A stretch of DNA of 64,000 nucleotides from Xanthobacteraceae bacterium (lineage in GTDB: Bacteria; Pseudomonadota; Alphaproteobacteria; Rhizobiales; Xanthobacteraceae): contig JBEKKM010000005.1 in NCBI GenBank assembly GCA_050010715.1, forward strand, positions 18,687 to 82,686, in the 5' to 3' direction. This document shows, one piece after another, positions 27,671 through 35,120 of the stretch. The position numbers were made by a program, and so were the translations under genes. How positions within the stretch are numbered: the stretch's first letter is position 1; the number at the start of each line of letters is the position of its first letter. The notes below the pieces were generated by a model. That model saw only the letters and a program-made list of their open reading frames with translations, was not told the DNA's origin and made no database searches.

Positions 27671-28018
27671 ATGCCGAAAGCGGTGCAACGCAAAGCAGCC
27701 AAGCGGGGCGGCAAGCCAAGCCGTCGCGCGGTGCGCAATGGTGCGAAGCCCGCGGATTTCTGCGCCGCCGCGCGCGACGCGCTCAAGCGCGGCGAGCCTG
27801 ACGCGATCTCCGACAAGACGTTGCAGCAGGTGCTGACCGCCGCGGTGAAGGTCTATGCGGCGAAAGTGGAGCGGCGCGGCCACGACGTCCTGCCCTTCCC
27901 GCAACACGCGGTGACGGCGACCGAAACAGTGGTGGCGGCCTGCGCCATGATCCGCGCCGCCGATCTCAACATGTTCGACGTGGCGATCTGGTTTCATCGC
28001 CCGCCGGGGATTGAATAA
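27671..28018 (+). CDS. Hypothetical protein with Lys/Arg-rich N-terminus
   Basis: 115-aa ORF tightly packed between the amidohydrolase (10-nt gap) and Rieske (13-nt gap) genes. No motif recognised. Confidence 0.55.
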   Translation: MPKAVQRKAAKRGGKPSRRAVRNGAKPADFCAAARDALKRGEPDAISDKTLQQVLTAAVKVYAAKVERRGHDVLPFPQHAVTATETVVAACAMIRAADLNMFDVAIWFHRPPGIE

Positions 28019-28031
28019 AGAGGGGTAAGAG

Positions 28032-28400
28032 ATGGACGAAATCGCAGTAGGCAAGCTGGCTGACATCGCCGACGGCGATTATCGGGTATTCGCCGTGGAA
28101 GAGCTCGAAGTCGGCATCTTCCGCACCGGCAGCAAGGTGCTGGCCTACGAAAACGTCTGCCCGCATGCCGGCGGCCCGGTCTGCCAGGGCAAGATCTTCC
28201 ATCAGGTCGAGGAAATCATCACCCCCGACAAGAAGAGCGCGGGGCTGCGCTTCGGCAAGCAGCGCCACATCGTCTGCCCCTGGCACGGCTACGAATTCGA
28301 CCTCGCCACCGGCTGCCACCCGGGCGACGCCTCGGTGCGGCTGACGCCAGTGAAAGTCGCCGTGCGCGACGGGCAGATCTACGTCAGCGTGCCGCGCTAA
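28032..28400 (+). CDS. Rieske (2Fe-2S) domain protein
   Basis: 122 aa. CPHAGGPV...CPWHGYEF (CxH...CxxH). Confidence 0.9.
   Translation: MDEIAVGKLADIADGDYRVFAVEELEVGIFRTGSKVLAYENVCPHAGGPVCQGKIFHQVEEIITPDKKSAGLRFGKQRHIVCPWHGYEFDLATGCHPGDASVRLTPVKVAVRDGQIYVSVPR
28353..28394 (+). repeat. Direct repeat, left copy (3' end of Rieske gene)
   Basis: AAAGTCGCCGTGCGCGACGGGCAGATCTACGTCAGCGTGCCG; 40/42 identical to 29699-29740. Confidence 0.95.
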
Positions 28401-28411
28401 GCTGCTGCGTT

Positions 28412-29635
28412 TCAGGCTTCCCTTTCACGCCGCATATAGGCCCGGACCTCGCCATCGAGGTCCAACGTCGCGCAGACGGCAATCAAAAGCGACACGGCGC
28501 CAATAGGGAGCGGCGCCGGGAAACGGGCCGCAAACATTTCCCAAGTCACCATGACGATCACAAGATAGCAGGCGCCGGCCAGCATGGTGCGCGAGAGAAC
28601 GCGGTCAATATATGCCGCGGTCGCCTCACTCGGCTCCAGCTTCGCAATCGATCCGCCATATTTTCTCAGGCCGTCGGCCATCTCCTCCGGATCGAACAGC
28701 AAGGCGGTGTAGAGAATTGCGCAGCCAAAGAGCAGCAGCGCATAGACGATCAAGTGCAAAGGCCGGCCGTATCGCAGAGAGACGGCGATGACAGTCGCCC
28801 AAGATGCGCCCTGCGCGACAGCGAAATTCAACAGCGCGACCACCGCGCTCATGATCCACGACGCCAGTAGGACGGGGATGATGCCCGCGCCGTTGAGCTT
28901 CAACGGCAGATCCACCGTTTGCGCGGCGAAAGTCCGCGCCCCGATCCGGTGCTCGGGATAGTCGATACGAATGAATCGCCGCGCCCGCTCTATCAACACG
29001 ACGAAAACGGCAAGGCCGACGACGAACAACACCAGCGTATTGATCCGGTCGCTCGACATCACGCCCTGACGGCCGGCCTCGAACACGTCAGCGACTCTGT
29101 TCGGCAACGCAGTGACGATGGGCACAAGAAGCAGCAGGACAAGGCCGTTGCCGACGCCGCGCAGGGTGATTTGTTCGCTCAGCCAAACCAGGAACAGTGT
29201 GCCGCCGATCAACGTAAGGGTGGTCGAGAGTGTGAACAGCCAAGACGGTGCGGCCACGATGCCGGGCACACTCTCAAGCCCGATTGCGACTCCCGAGGCC
29301 TGCCCAGCCGCGAGCAACACTGTGAGAACGCGTGTCATTCGATCGATGGTACGGCGGCCCCGAGCGCCGCTCTGCTTCAGCGCTCTCAGTCGTCCCGACA
29401 CCAGCGTAAGAAGCTGAAGGATGATCGCCGCCCAAACATAGGGAAGAATGCCAAGCGCGAAGATCGCCAGGCGATGGATGCCATTAGGGCTGCCGCGGTA
29501 AAGCTCCTCCAAAGCCGCTGGATCGAGGCCCGGCAATGGCACAAAAGTGCCGAACCGATAAACAAGGAGCGCGCCGACGGTGAACGCAATCCGCCATGCA
29601 AACTCTATCATGGTGCGCTCCCAACCCGCGACCAT
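28412..29635 (-). CDS. Divergent SecY-like protein-conducting channel paralogue
   Basis: 407 aa, collinear with SecY across TM1-TM10. Matching segments: FTVGALLVYRFGTFVPLPGLD, IFALGILPYVWAAIILQLL, GGTLFLVWLSEQITLRGVGNGLVLLL, LPLKLNGAGIIPVLLASWI and FDPEEMADGLRKYGG. Not in a ribosomal-protein operon context. An alternative start is ATG 29611. Confidence 0.8.
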   Translation of the reverse strand: MVAGWERTMIEFAWRIAFTVGALLVYRFGTFVPLPGLDPAALEELYRGSPNGIHRLAIFALGILPYVWAAIILQLLTLVSGRLRALKQSGARGRRTIDRMTRVLTVLLAAGQASGVAIGLESVPGIVAAPSWLFTLSTTLTLIGGTLFLVWLSEQITLRGVGNGLVLLLLVPIVTALPNRVADVFEAGRQGVMSSDRINTLVLFVVGLAVFVVLIERARRFIRIDYPEHRIGARTFAAQTVDLPLKLNGAGIIPVLLASWIMSAVVALLNFAVAQGASWATVIAVSLRYGRPLHLIVYALLLFGCAILYTALLFDPEEMADGLRKYGGSIAKLEPSEATAAYIDRVLSRTMLAGACYLVIVMVTWEMFAARFPAPLPIGAVSLLIAVCATLDLDGEVRAYMRREREA

Positions 29636-29698
29636 GTTAATGCCAGCCCGCGATCCGCGGCAAGACAGAAGCGGTGTCTGTATAGGATGGACGCCGAC

Positions 29699-29740
29699 AA
29701 GGTCGCCGTGCGCGACAGGCAGATCTACGTCAGCGTGCCG
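29699..29740 (+). repeat. Direct repeat, right copy (overlaps 3' end of GMC oxidoreductase gene on the other strand)
   Basis: AAGGTCGCCGTGCGCGACAGGCAGATCTACGTCAGCGTGCCG followed by AAGTAG. Encodes KVAVRDRQIYVSVPK-stop in an otherwise non-coding plus frame. Confidence 0.95.
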
Positions 29741-31433
29741 AAGTAGCGGAGATTTCGCGCAGCATCGCGTCGGCGAGTTTTTCCGCGACCATAATGGTCG
29801 GAATATTGGTGTTGCCGCGCGGGATCGTCGGCATAATCGAGGCGTCGATGACGCGCAAACCGTCGACGCCGTGAACGCGGCCGGCCGGATCGGTCACGGC
29901 GTCGCGATCGCCGGATGCGCCCATGCGGCAGGTTCCGACCGGATGGAACGTGCCGCCGACGTTGTCGCGAATGTAATCGGCCAGCGCGGCGTCGTCTTTG
30001 GCCAATGCCGCAAGATCGACGCGCCGGTCGGCCAGCGTGGCAAAAACCGGCGCCGCGAGCGGCGGCACCATGTCGATCAGCGCCGCGATCGCCGCGCTCT
30101 TGATCCGGTTGGCCGGCGTGATGCGATTGAGCCGCCGCAGCCGGTCGTTGAATTTGACCGGGAAGGTCAGCCGCGTCATGGCCCGCACCGCATCGTGGGC
30201 CAGAATGTCGATACAGAGGCGAAAGCCCTGCATGAAGCGTTTCAGGTCGAGCTCGTGGCCGGTGAAATTGAATTCAACGCGCGGATAGATCGCGGCATTG
30301 GCCGAGACCAACGACACGCGGCCGCGCGCCATCGGCTTGAGCAGTGACGGCGCCAGATTGGCGACCTGGCGGCCGAGCGGACTCCACGACGTCTTGCACT
30401 GCACGTTGAGATACATGTCGGCCGCCGCCGCGCCGGGCAGGCCGGAGGAATAGCGAAACGCCGACATCGGATGCGGCCGGATATTTTTCGCTTGCCGCTG
30501 GCCGGGCTTCTGTAGCAAGCCGATGAAGACGATGGCGTGGTTGGAGAGGTTTTCGCCGACGCCCGGAAGATCTGAGCGCACGGCAATGCCGAGGTCACGC
30601 AGCGCCGCCGCCGGGCCAAGTCCCGCGCGCATAAGAAATGCCGGCGAATGGATGCCGCCGAGCGCGATGATGATCTGGCGTCCGTAGAACGCTTTCTCCT
30701 CGCCGCCGATCCTGGCCGTGACACCGGTGGCACGACGCCCCTCGAACATAAGGCCGGTCACCAAGGCGTCGGTGCGGATCGTAAGATTGGCGCGGCGGCG
30801 GACATCGGCACCGAGATAGCAGATCGCCGCCGAGGCGCGTTTTTGCGGCCAATTGCTCATCGGCACCGCGCCATAGCCGTCGCGAAAATCGGCATTCATG
30901 TCGGCGATGAACGGCATCTGCCGCTCTTGTGCAAAAGCGTGCACTGCCTTCGCCAGCGGCGCCCAATCGTCGGTCGTGGTGCGGCGGATCGGCACCGGCC
31001 CATCCTTGCCGTGCAGCGCGCCGTCGAAATCGAAATCGTTCTCGAGCTTGCAGTAATAGGGCAGCACGTCGTCCCAACCCCAACCGGCCGCACCAAGCGC
31101 CTGCCATTCGGCATAATCGTCGGGCGTGCCGCGATAGGCGACCATGCCCATCACAGAACCGCCGCCACCCATGATGCGGCCTTGAGAAAATCCGACAAGC
31201 GGCGAGTTGTCCTTGCGCCGCCAGTGCACCTTCAGCTCGGGCCAAAAATAGGCGTCGTTGTAGTAGGACTGCGGATAGCTATCGAGCACATCGGCCGGCT
31301 CGGCGCCCGGCGGCGTGTCGCGGCCGGCTTCGAGCAACAGCACGTTCAAGCCCGAGCGCGCCGACAACCGGTTCGCCAGCACGCAACCCGCCGCGCCGGC
31401 GCCGACGATGATGATGTCGAAGGTCTCGGTCAC
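29730..31433 (-). CDS. GMC family oxidoreductase (choline dehydrogenase-like)
   Basis: 567 aa. FDIIIVGAGAAGCVLANRLS FAD motif. C-terminal GTCRMG...HGVDGLRVIDASIMP. Confidence 0.92.
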   Translation of the reverse strand: MTETFDIIIVGAGAAGCVLANRLSARSGLNVLLLEAGRDTPPGAEPADVLDSYPQSYYNDAYFWPELKVHWRRKDNSPLVGFSQGRIMGGGGSVMGMVAYRGTPDDYAEWQALGAAGWGWDDVLPYYCKLENDFDFDGALHGKDGPVPIRRTTTDDWAPLAKAVHAFAQERQMPFIADMNADFRDGYGAVPMSNWPQKRASAAICYLGADVRRRANLTIRTDALVTGLMFEGRRATGVTARIGGEEKAFYGRQIIIALGGIHSPAFLMRAGLGPAAALRDLGIAVRSDLPGVGENLSNHAIVFIGLLQKPGQRQAKNIRPHPMSAFRYSSGLPGAAAADMYLNVQCKTSWSPLGRQVANLAPSLLKPMARGRVSLVSANAAIYPRVEFNFTGHELDLKRFMQGFRLCIDILAHDAVRAMTRLTFPVKFNDRLRRLNRITPANRIKSAAIAALIDMVPPLAAPVFATLADRRVDLAALAKDDAALADYIRDNVGGTFHPVGTCRMGASGDRDAVTDPAGRVHGVDGLRVIDASIMPTIPRGNTNIPTIMVAEKLADAMLREISATSAR

Positions 31434-31444
31434 TATTTCCCCTG

Positions 31445-31534
31445 GTCATTGCCGGACTTGATCCGGCAATCCATAGGGCACCGCAGATCGTTTGGCGATT
31501 CAGCATGGACCACCGGGTCAAGCCCGGTGGTGAC
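31445..31534. repeat. Composite palindromic repeat: two CTTGA-loop hairpin units in inverted orientation
   Basis: Plus-orientation unit GTCATTGCCGGACTTGATCCGGCAATCCAT (31445-31474). Inverted unit CATGGACCACCGGGTCAAGCCCGGTGGTGACG (31504-31535). Confidence 0.85.
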
Positions 31535-31545
31535 GACCAAAGAAA

Positions 31546-33351
31546 TCACACATCCACCTTCAACGCCGCAATAAACGCCTCCTGCGGAATATCGACCTTG
31601 CCGAACTGGCGCATGCGCTTCTTGCCTTCCTTCTGCTTGTCTAAGAGCTTGCGCTTGCGCGATACGTCGCCGCCGTAGCATTTCGCGGTAACGTCCTTGC
31701 GGAAGGCGCGCACGGTTTCGCGCGCGATGATCTTGCCGCCGATCGCGGCCTGGATCGGCACCTGGAACATATGCGGCGGGATCAGCTCTTTCAGTTTCTC
31801 CGCCATGGCGCGACCACGCTGCTCGGCACGGGTGCGATGCACCAGCATGGCCAGCGCGTCGACCGGCTCGGCGTTGACCAGCATCTGCAGCTTGACCAGG
31901 TCGGAGGGGCGGTAATCGGTAAGGTGATAGTCGAACGAGGCATAGCCGCGCGACACCGATTTGAGCCGGTCGTAGAAATCGAACACCACTTCGTTGAGCG
32001 GCAAATTGTATTTCACCAGCGCCCGATTGCCCACATAGGTGAGCTCCTTCTGCTCGCCGCGGCGGTCCTGGCACAGTTTTAGCACCGCGCCGAGATATTC
32101 GTCCGGCGTCAGGATCGTCGCCTCGATCCACGGCTCCTGCATTTCCTCGATGTGGTTAGGGTCGGGCATGTCGACCGGATTGTGGATTTCTAGCTCCTGG
32201 CCGGTGCGCAATTTGATCTTGTAGATTACCGACGGCGCCGTCGCGATCAGGTTGAGATTGAATTCGCGCTCGAGCCGCTCCTGGATGATTTCCAGATGCA
32301 ATAGCCCGAGAAAGCCGCAGCGGAAGCCGAAGCCGAGCGCGGCCGAGGTTTCCATCTCATAGGAGAAGCTCGCGTCGTTGAGGCGAAGCTTGCCCATCGC
32401 CGCGCGCAAATTCTCGAAATCGGCGGCGTCGACCGGAAACAGGCCGCAGAACACCACCGGGATCGCCGGGCGGAAGCCGGGCAGCGGCGCAGCGACCGGC
32501 TTCTTCTCGTCGGTGATGGTGTCGCCGACCCTGGTGTCGGCCACTTCCTTGATCGAGGCGGTGAGAAAGCCGATCTCGCCGGGGCCGAGCTCGTTGAGCT
32601 CGACTCTCTTGGGCGTGAACACGCCGACCCGATCGACCTCATAGGCCGCGTCGGTGCCCATCATGCGGATGCGCTGGCCCTTCTTCAGCACGCCGTCGAC
32701 GACGCGAAACAGAACGACCACGCCGAGATAGGAATCGTACCAGCTGTCGACGAGGAGCGCCTTCAGCGGCGCCGCGGCGTCGCCCTTGGGCGGCGGCAGC
32801 CGGTGCACGATGGCTTCAAGCACTTCCGCAATGTTCTCGCCGGTCTTGGCCGAGATCAGGATCGCGTTCGAGGCATCGAGCCCGATCACGTCCTCGATCT
32901 GCTGTTTTACTTTTTCAGGCTCGGCGGCCGGCAGGTCGACCTTGTTGAGCACCGGCACGATCTCGTGATTGTTGTCGAGCGCCTGGTAGACATTGGCCAG
33001 CGTCTGCGCCTCGACGCCCTGGCTGGCGTCGACCACCAGGAGCGAGCCCTCGCAGGCGGCGAGGCTGCGGTTGACCTCATAGGCGAAATCGACGTGGCCG
33101 GGCGTGTCGATCAGGTTAAGGATGTAATCCTTGCCGTCGCGGGCGCGGTAATTGAGCCGCACCGTCTGCGCCTTGATGGTGATGCCGCGTTCGCGCTCGA
33201 TATCCATGGAATCGAGCACCTGCTCGACCATTTCGCGCGCTTCGAGCCCGCCGGTGAGCTGGATCAGCCGGTCGGCCAACGTCGACTTGCCGTGGTCGAT
33301 ATGGGCGATGATCGCGAAATTGCGGATGTTTTGGATGGGCGTCGAGGGCAT
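31546..33351 (-). CDS. lepA: Translation elongation factor 4
   Basis: 601 aa. [33 protein letters not shown] and a LepA-specific C-terminal domain. Confidence 0.97.
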   Translation of the reverse strand: MPSTPIQNIRNFAIIAHIDHGKSTLADRLIQLTGGLEAREMVEQVLDSMDIERERGITIKAQTVRLNYRARDGKDYILNLIDTPGHVDFAYEVNRSLAACEGSLLVVDASQGVEAQTLANVYQALDNNHEIVPVLNKVDLPAAEPEKVKQQIEDVIGLDASNAILISAKTGENIAEVLEAIVHRLPPPKGDAAAPLKALLVDSWYDSYLGVVVLFRVVDGVLKKGQRIRMMGTDAAYEVDRVGVFTPKRVELNELGPGEIGFLTASIKEVADTRVGDTITDEKKPVAAPLPGFRPAIPVVFCGLFPVDAADFENLRAAMGKLRLNDASFSYEMETSAALGFGFRCGFLGLLHLEIIQERLEREFNLNLIATAPSVIYKIKLRTGQELEIHNPVDMPDPNHIEEMQEPWIEATILTPDEYLGAVLKLCQDRRGEQKELTYVGNRALVKYNLPLNEVVFDFYDRLKSVSRGYASFDYHLTDYRPSDLVKLQMLVNAEPVDALAMLVHRTRAEQRGRAMAEKLKELIPPHMFQVPIQAAIGGKIIARETVRAFRKDVTAKCYGGDVSRKRKLLDKQKEGKKRMRQFGKVDIPQEAFIAALKVDV

Positions 33352-33398
33352 GCGGCGCAGATAACACCCGCCTCGACTAGCGGCAAGGCGTGAAAGCG

Positions 33399-33558
33399 GT
33401 CATTCCGGGCGCCAACGATGTCGGGTTTACCCGACTCGTCACTTGAATATCCAAGTCGGCAATAGCCGACTTGGTTGGCGGCGAGCCCGGAATCCATATT
33501 CGCTGACCTGTGGTTATGGATTCCGGGTTCGCGGGCTATGCCCGCGCCCCGGAATGAC
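33399..33558. repeat. Large composite REP-like palindromic element bounded by GTCATTCCGGG...CCCGGAATGAC
   Basis: Terminal inverted repeat plus internal hairpins CCAAGTCGGC-AATA-GCCGACTTGG, CCCGGAATCCAT...ATGGATTCCGGG and CGCGGGC-TAT-GCCCGCG. Lies between lepA and ahcY. Confidence 0.8.
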
Positions 33559-33563
33559 GAGAA

Positions 33564-34988
33564 TCAATACCGATAATGATCCGCCTTGAACGGTCCGTCT
33601 TGCGGCACGCCGATATAGGTCGACTGCTTGTCGGACAACTTCGTCAGCTTGACGCCGATTTTTTCGAGATGCAGCCGCGCGACTTTTTCATCCAAATGCT
33701 TGGGCAGCGTGTAGACCTTCTTCTCGTACTTGCCGGGATTGGTCCACAGCTCGATCTGCGCCAGGGTCTGGTTGGTGAACGACGACGACATGACGAAGCT
33801 CGGATGCCCCATGGCGTTGCCGAGATTGACCAGGCGGCCTTCGGACAACAGGATGATGCGCTTGCCGTCGGGGAATTCGATCTCGTCGACCTGCGGCTTG
33901 ACGTTGTTCCATTTCAGGTTCTTCAGCGCGTGCACCTGAATCTCGCTGTCGAAATGGCCGATATTGCAGACGATGGCGCGGTCTTTCATCTTGCGCATGT
34001 GCTCGATGGTGATGACGTCGACGTTACCGGTCGCGGTGCAGAAGATGTCGGCGCGCGACGCCGCGTCCTCCATGGTCGTCACTTCGTAGCCTTCCATCGC
34101 CGCCTGCAGCGCGCAGATCGGATCGACCTCCGAGACCATGACGCGGCAGCCGGCCTGGCGCAGCGAGGCCGCCGAGCCTTTGCCGACGTCGCCGAAGCCT
34201 GCGACCATCGCCACCTTGCCGGCCATCATCACGTCGGTGCCGCGGCGGATGCCGTCGACCAGGGACTCGCGGCAGCCGTAGAGATTGTCGAACTTGGATT
34301 TGGTGACGCTGTCGTTGACGTTGATGGCGGGGAACAGCAGCCGGCCTTCCTTGGCCATCTGATAAAGCCGGTGCACGCCGGTGGTGGTCTCCTCGGTGAC
34401 GCCCTTCACGTTCTTGGCGGTCTTGGTGTACCAGCCGGGCTGTTCCTTCAGCCGCTTCTTGATGGCGGCGAACAGCACTTCCTCTTCCTCGTTGCCCGGA
34501 TGTTTGAGCACATCCGCATTGCTCTCGGCCTGCATGCCGAGATGCAACAGCAGCGTGGCGTCGCCGCCGTCGTCGAGGATCATGTTCGGGCCGCCGCCGT
34601 CGGACCATTCGAAGATGCGGTGAGTGTAGTCCCAATATTCGGTCAGGCTCTCGCCCTTGACCGCAAACACCGGCGTGCCGCCGGCGGCGATCGCGGCGGC
34701 AGCGTGATCCTGGGTCGAATAAATGTTGCAGGACGCCCAGCGCACGTCGGCGCCGAGCGCCGTCAACGTCTCGATCAGCACCGCGGTCTGGATGGTCATG
34801 TGCAGCGAGCCGGCGATGCGGGCGCCGCGCAGCACCTGCTTGGCCCCGAACTCCTCGCGCGTCGCCATCAGGCCCGGCATCTCGGTTTCGGCAATGGAGA
34901 TTTCCTTGCGCCCCCACTCGGCGAGGCCGATGTCCTTGACGACGTAGTCGGCGGCAGGCGCGGTTTTGGGCTTGGTCGAGGTGCTCAT
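33564..34988 (-). CDS. ahcY: Adenosylhomocysteinase
   Basis: 474 aa. [31 protein letters not shown] motif [11 protein letters not shown] and C-terminal KADHYRY. Confidence 0.97.
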   Translation of the reverse strand: MSTSTKPKTAPAADYVVKDIGLAEWGRKEISIAETEMPGLMATREEFGAKQVLRGARIAGSLHMTIQTAVLIETLTALGADVRWASCNIYSTQDHAAAAIAAGGTPVFAVKGESLTEYWDYTHRIFEWSDGGGPNMILDDGGDATLLLHLGMQAESNADVLKHPGNEEEEVLFAAIKKRLKEQPGWYTKTAKNVKGVTEETTTGVHRLYQMAKEGRLLFPAINVNDSVTKSKFDNLYGCRESLVDGIRRGTDVMMAGKVAMVAGFGDVGKGSAASLRQAGCRVMVSEVDPICALQAAMEGYEVTTMEDAASRADIFCTATGNVDVITIEHMRKMKDRAIVCNIGHFDSEIQVHALKNLKWNNVKPQVDEIEFPDGKRIILLSEGRLVNLGNAMGHPSFVMSSSFTNQTLAQIELWTNPGKYEKKVYTLPKHLDEKVARLHLEKIGVKLTKLSDKQSTYIGVPQDGPFKADHYRY

Positions 34989-35078
34989 GGCGATCCTTGG
35001 TTGGTCTTAGGCGTGGGGCGGCCTTGGGGCCGGCGGCGTGCGCAGGGCTATAGCAGGTCAAGCCGGCCCCGGCAATAA

Positions 35079-35102
35079 AGACATAAAGATACCTTTATGT
35101 CT
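35079..35102. promoter_or_regulatory. Perfect 10-bp inverted repeat in the ahcY/udgX divergent intergenic region (candidate operator)
   Basis: AGACATAAAG-ATAC-CTTTATGTCT. An AT-rich island in a GC-rich spacer, 19 nt upstream of ATG 35121 and about 90 nt upstream of ahcY. Confidence 0.35.
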
Positions 35103-35120
35103 CTTTTTTGAACGAAAACG

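Noticed and set aside
28412-29635. This ORF as the housekeeping secY.
   Set aside because: The context is wrong (no rplO/adk or ribosomal protein genes), the protein is shorter with a divergent C5 loop, and it sits in an insertion-like setting. It is treated as a paralogue, pending confirmation that a canonical secY exists elsewhere.
28919-29746. 275-aa plus-strand ORF across the SecY-like gene.
   Set aside because: It is antisense to a gene with strong SecY homology. Only its last roughly 16 codons (KVAVRDRQIYVSVPK) are meaningful, as the duplicated Rieske 3' end.
34989-35120. SAH riboswitch upstream of ahcY.
   Set aside because: The minus-strand leader is short. It lacks the conserved GAGGAGCGCUGC / AACGGCGCUCA pseudoknot segments I remember for the SAH element, which is mainly a beta- and gammaproteobacterial motif.
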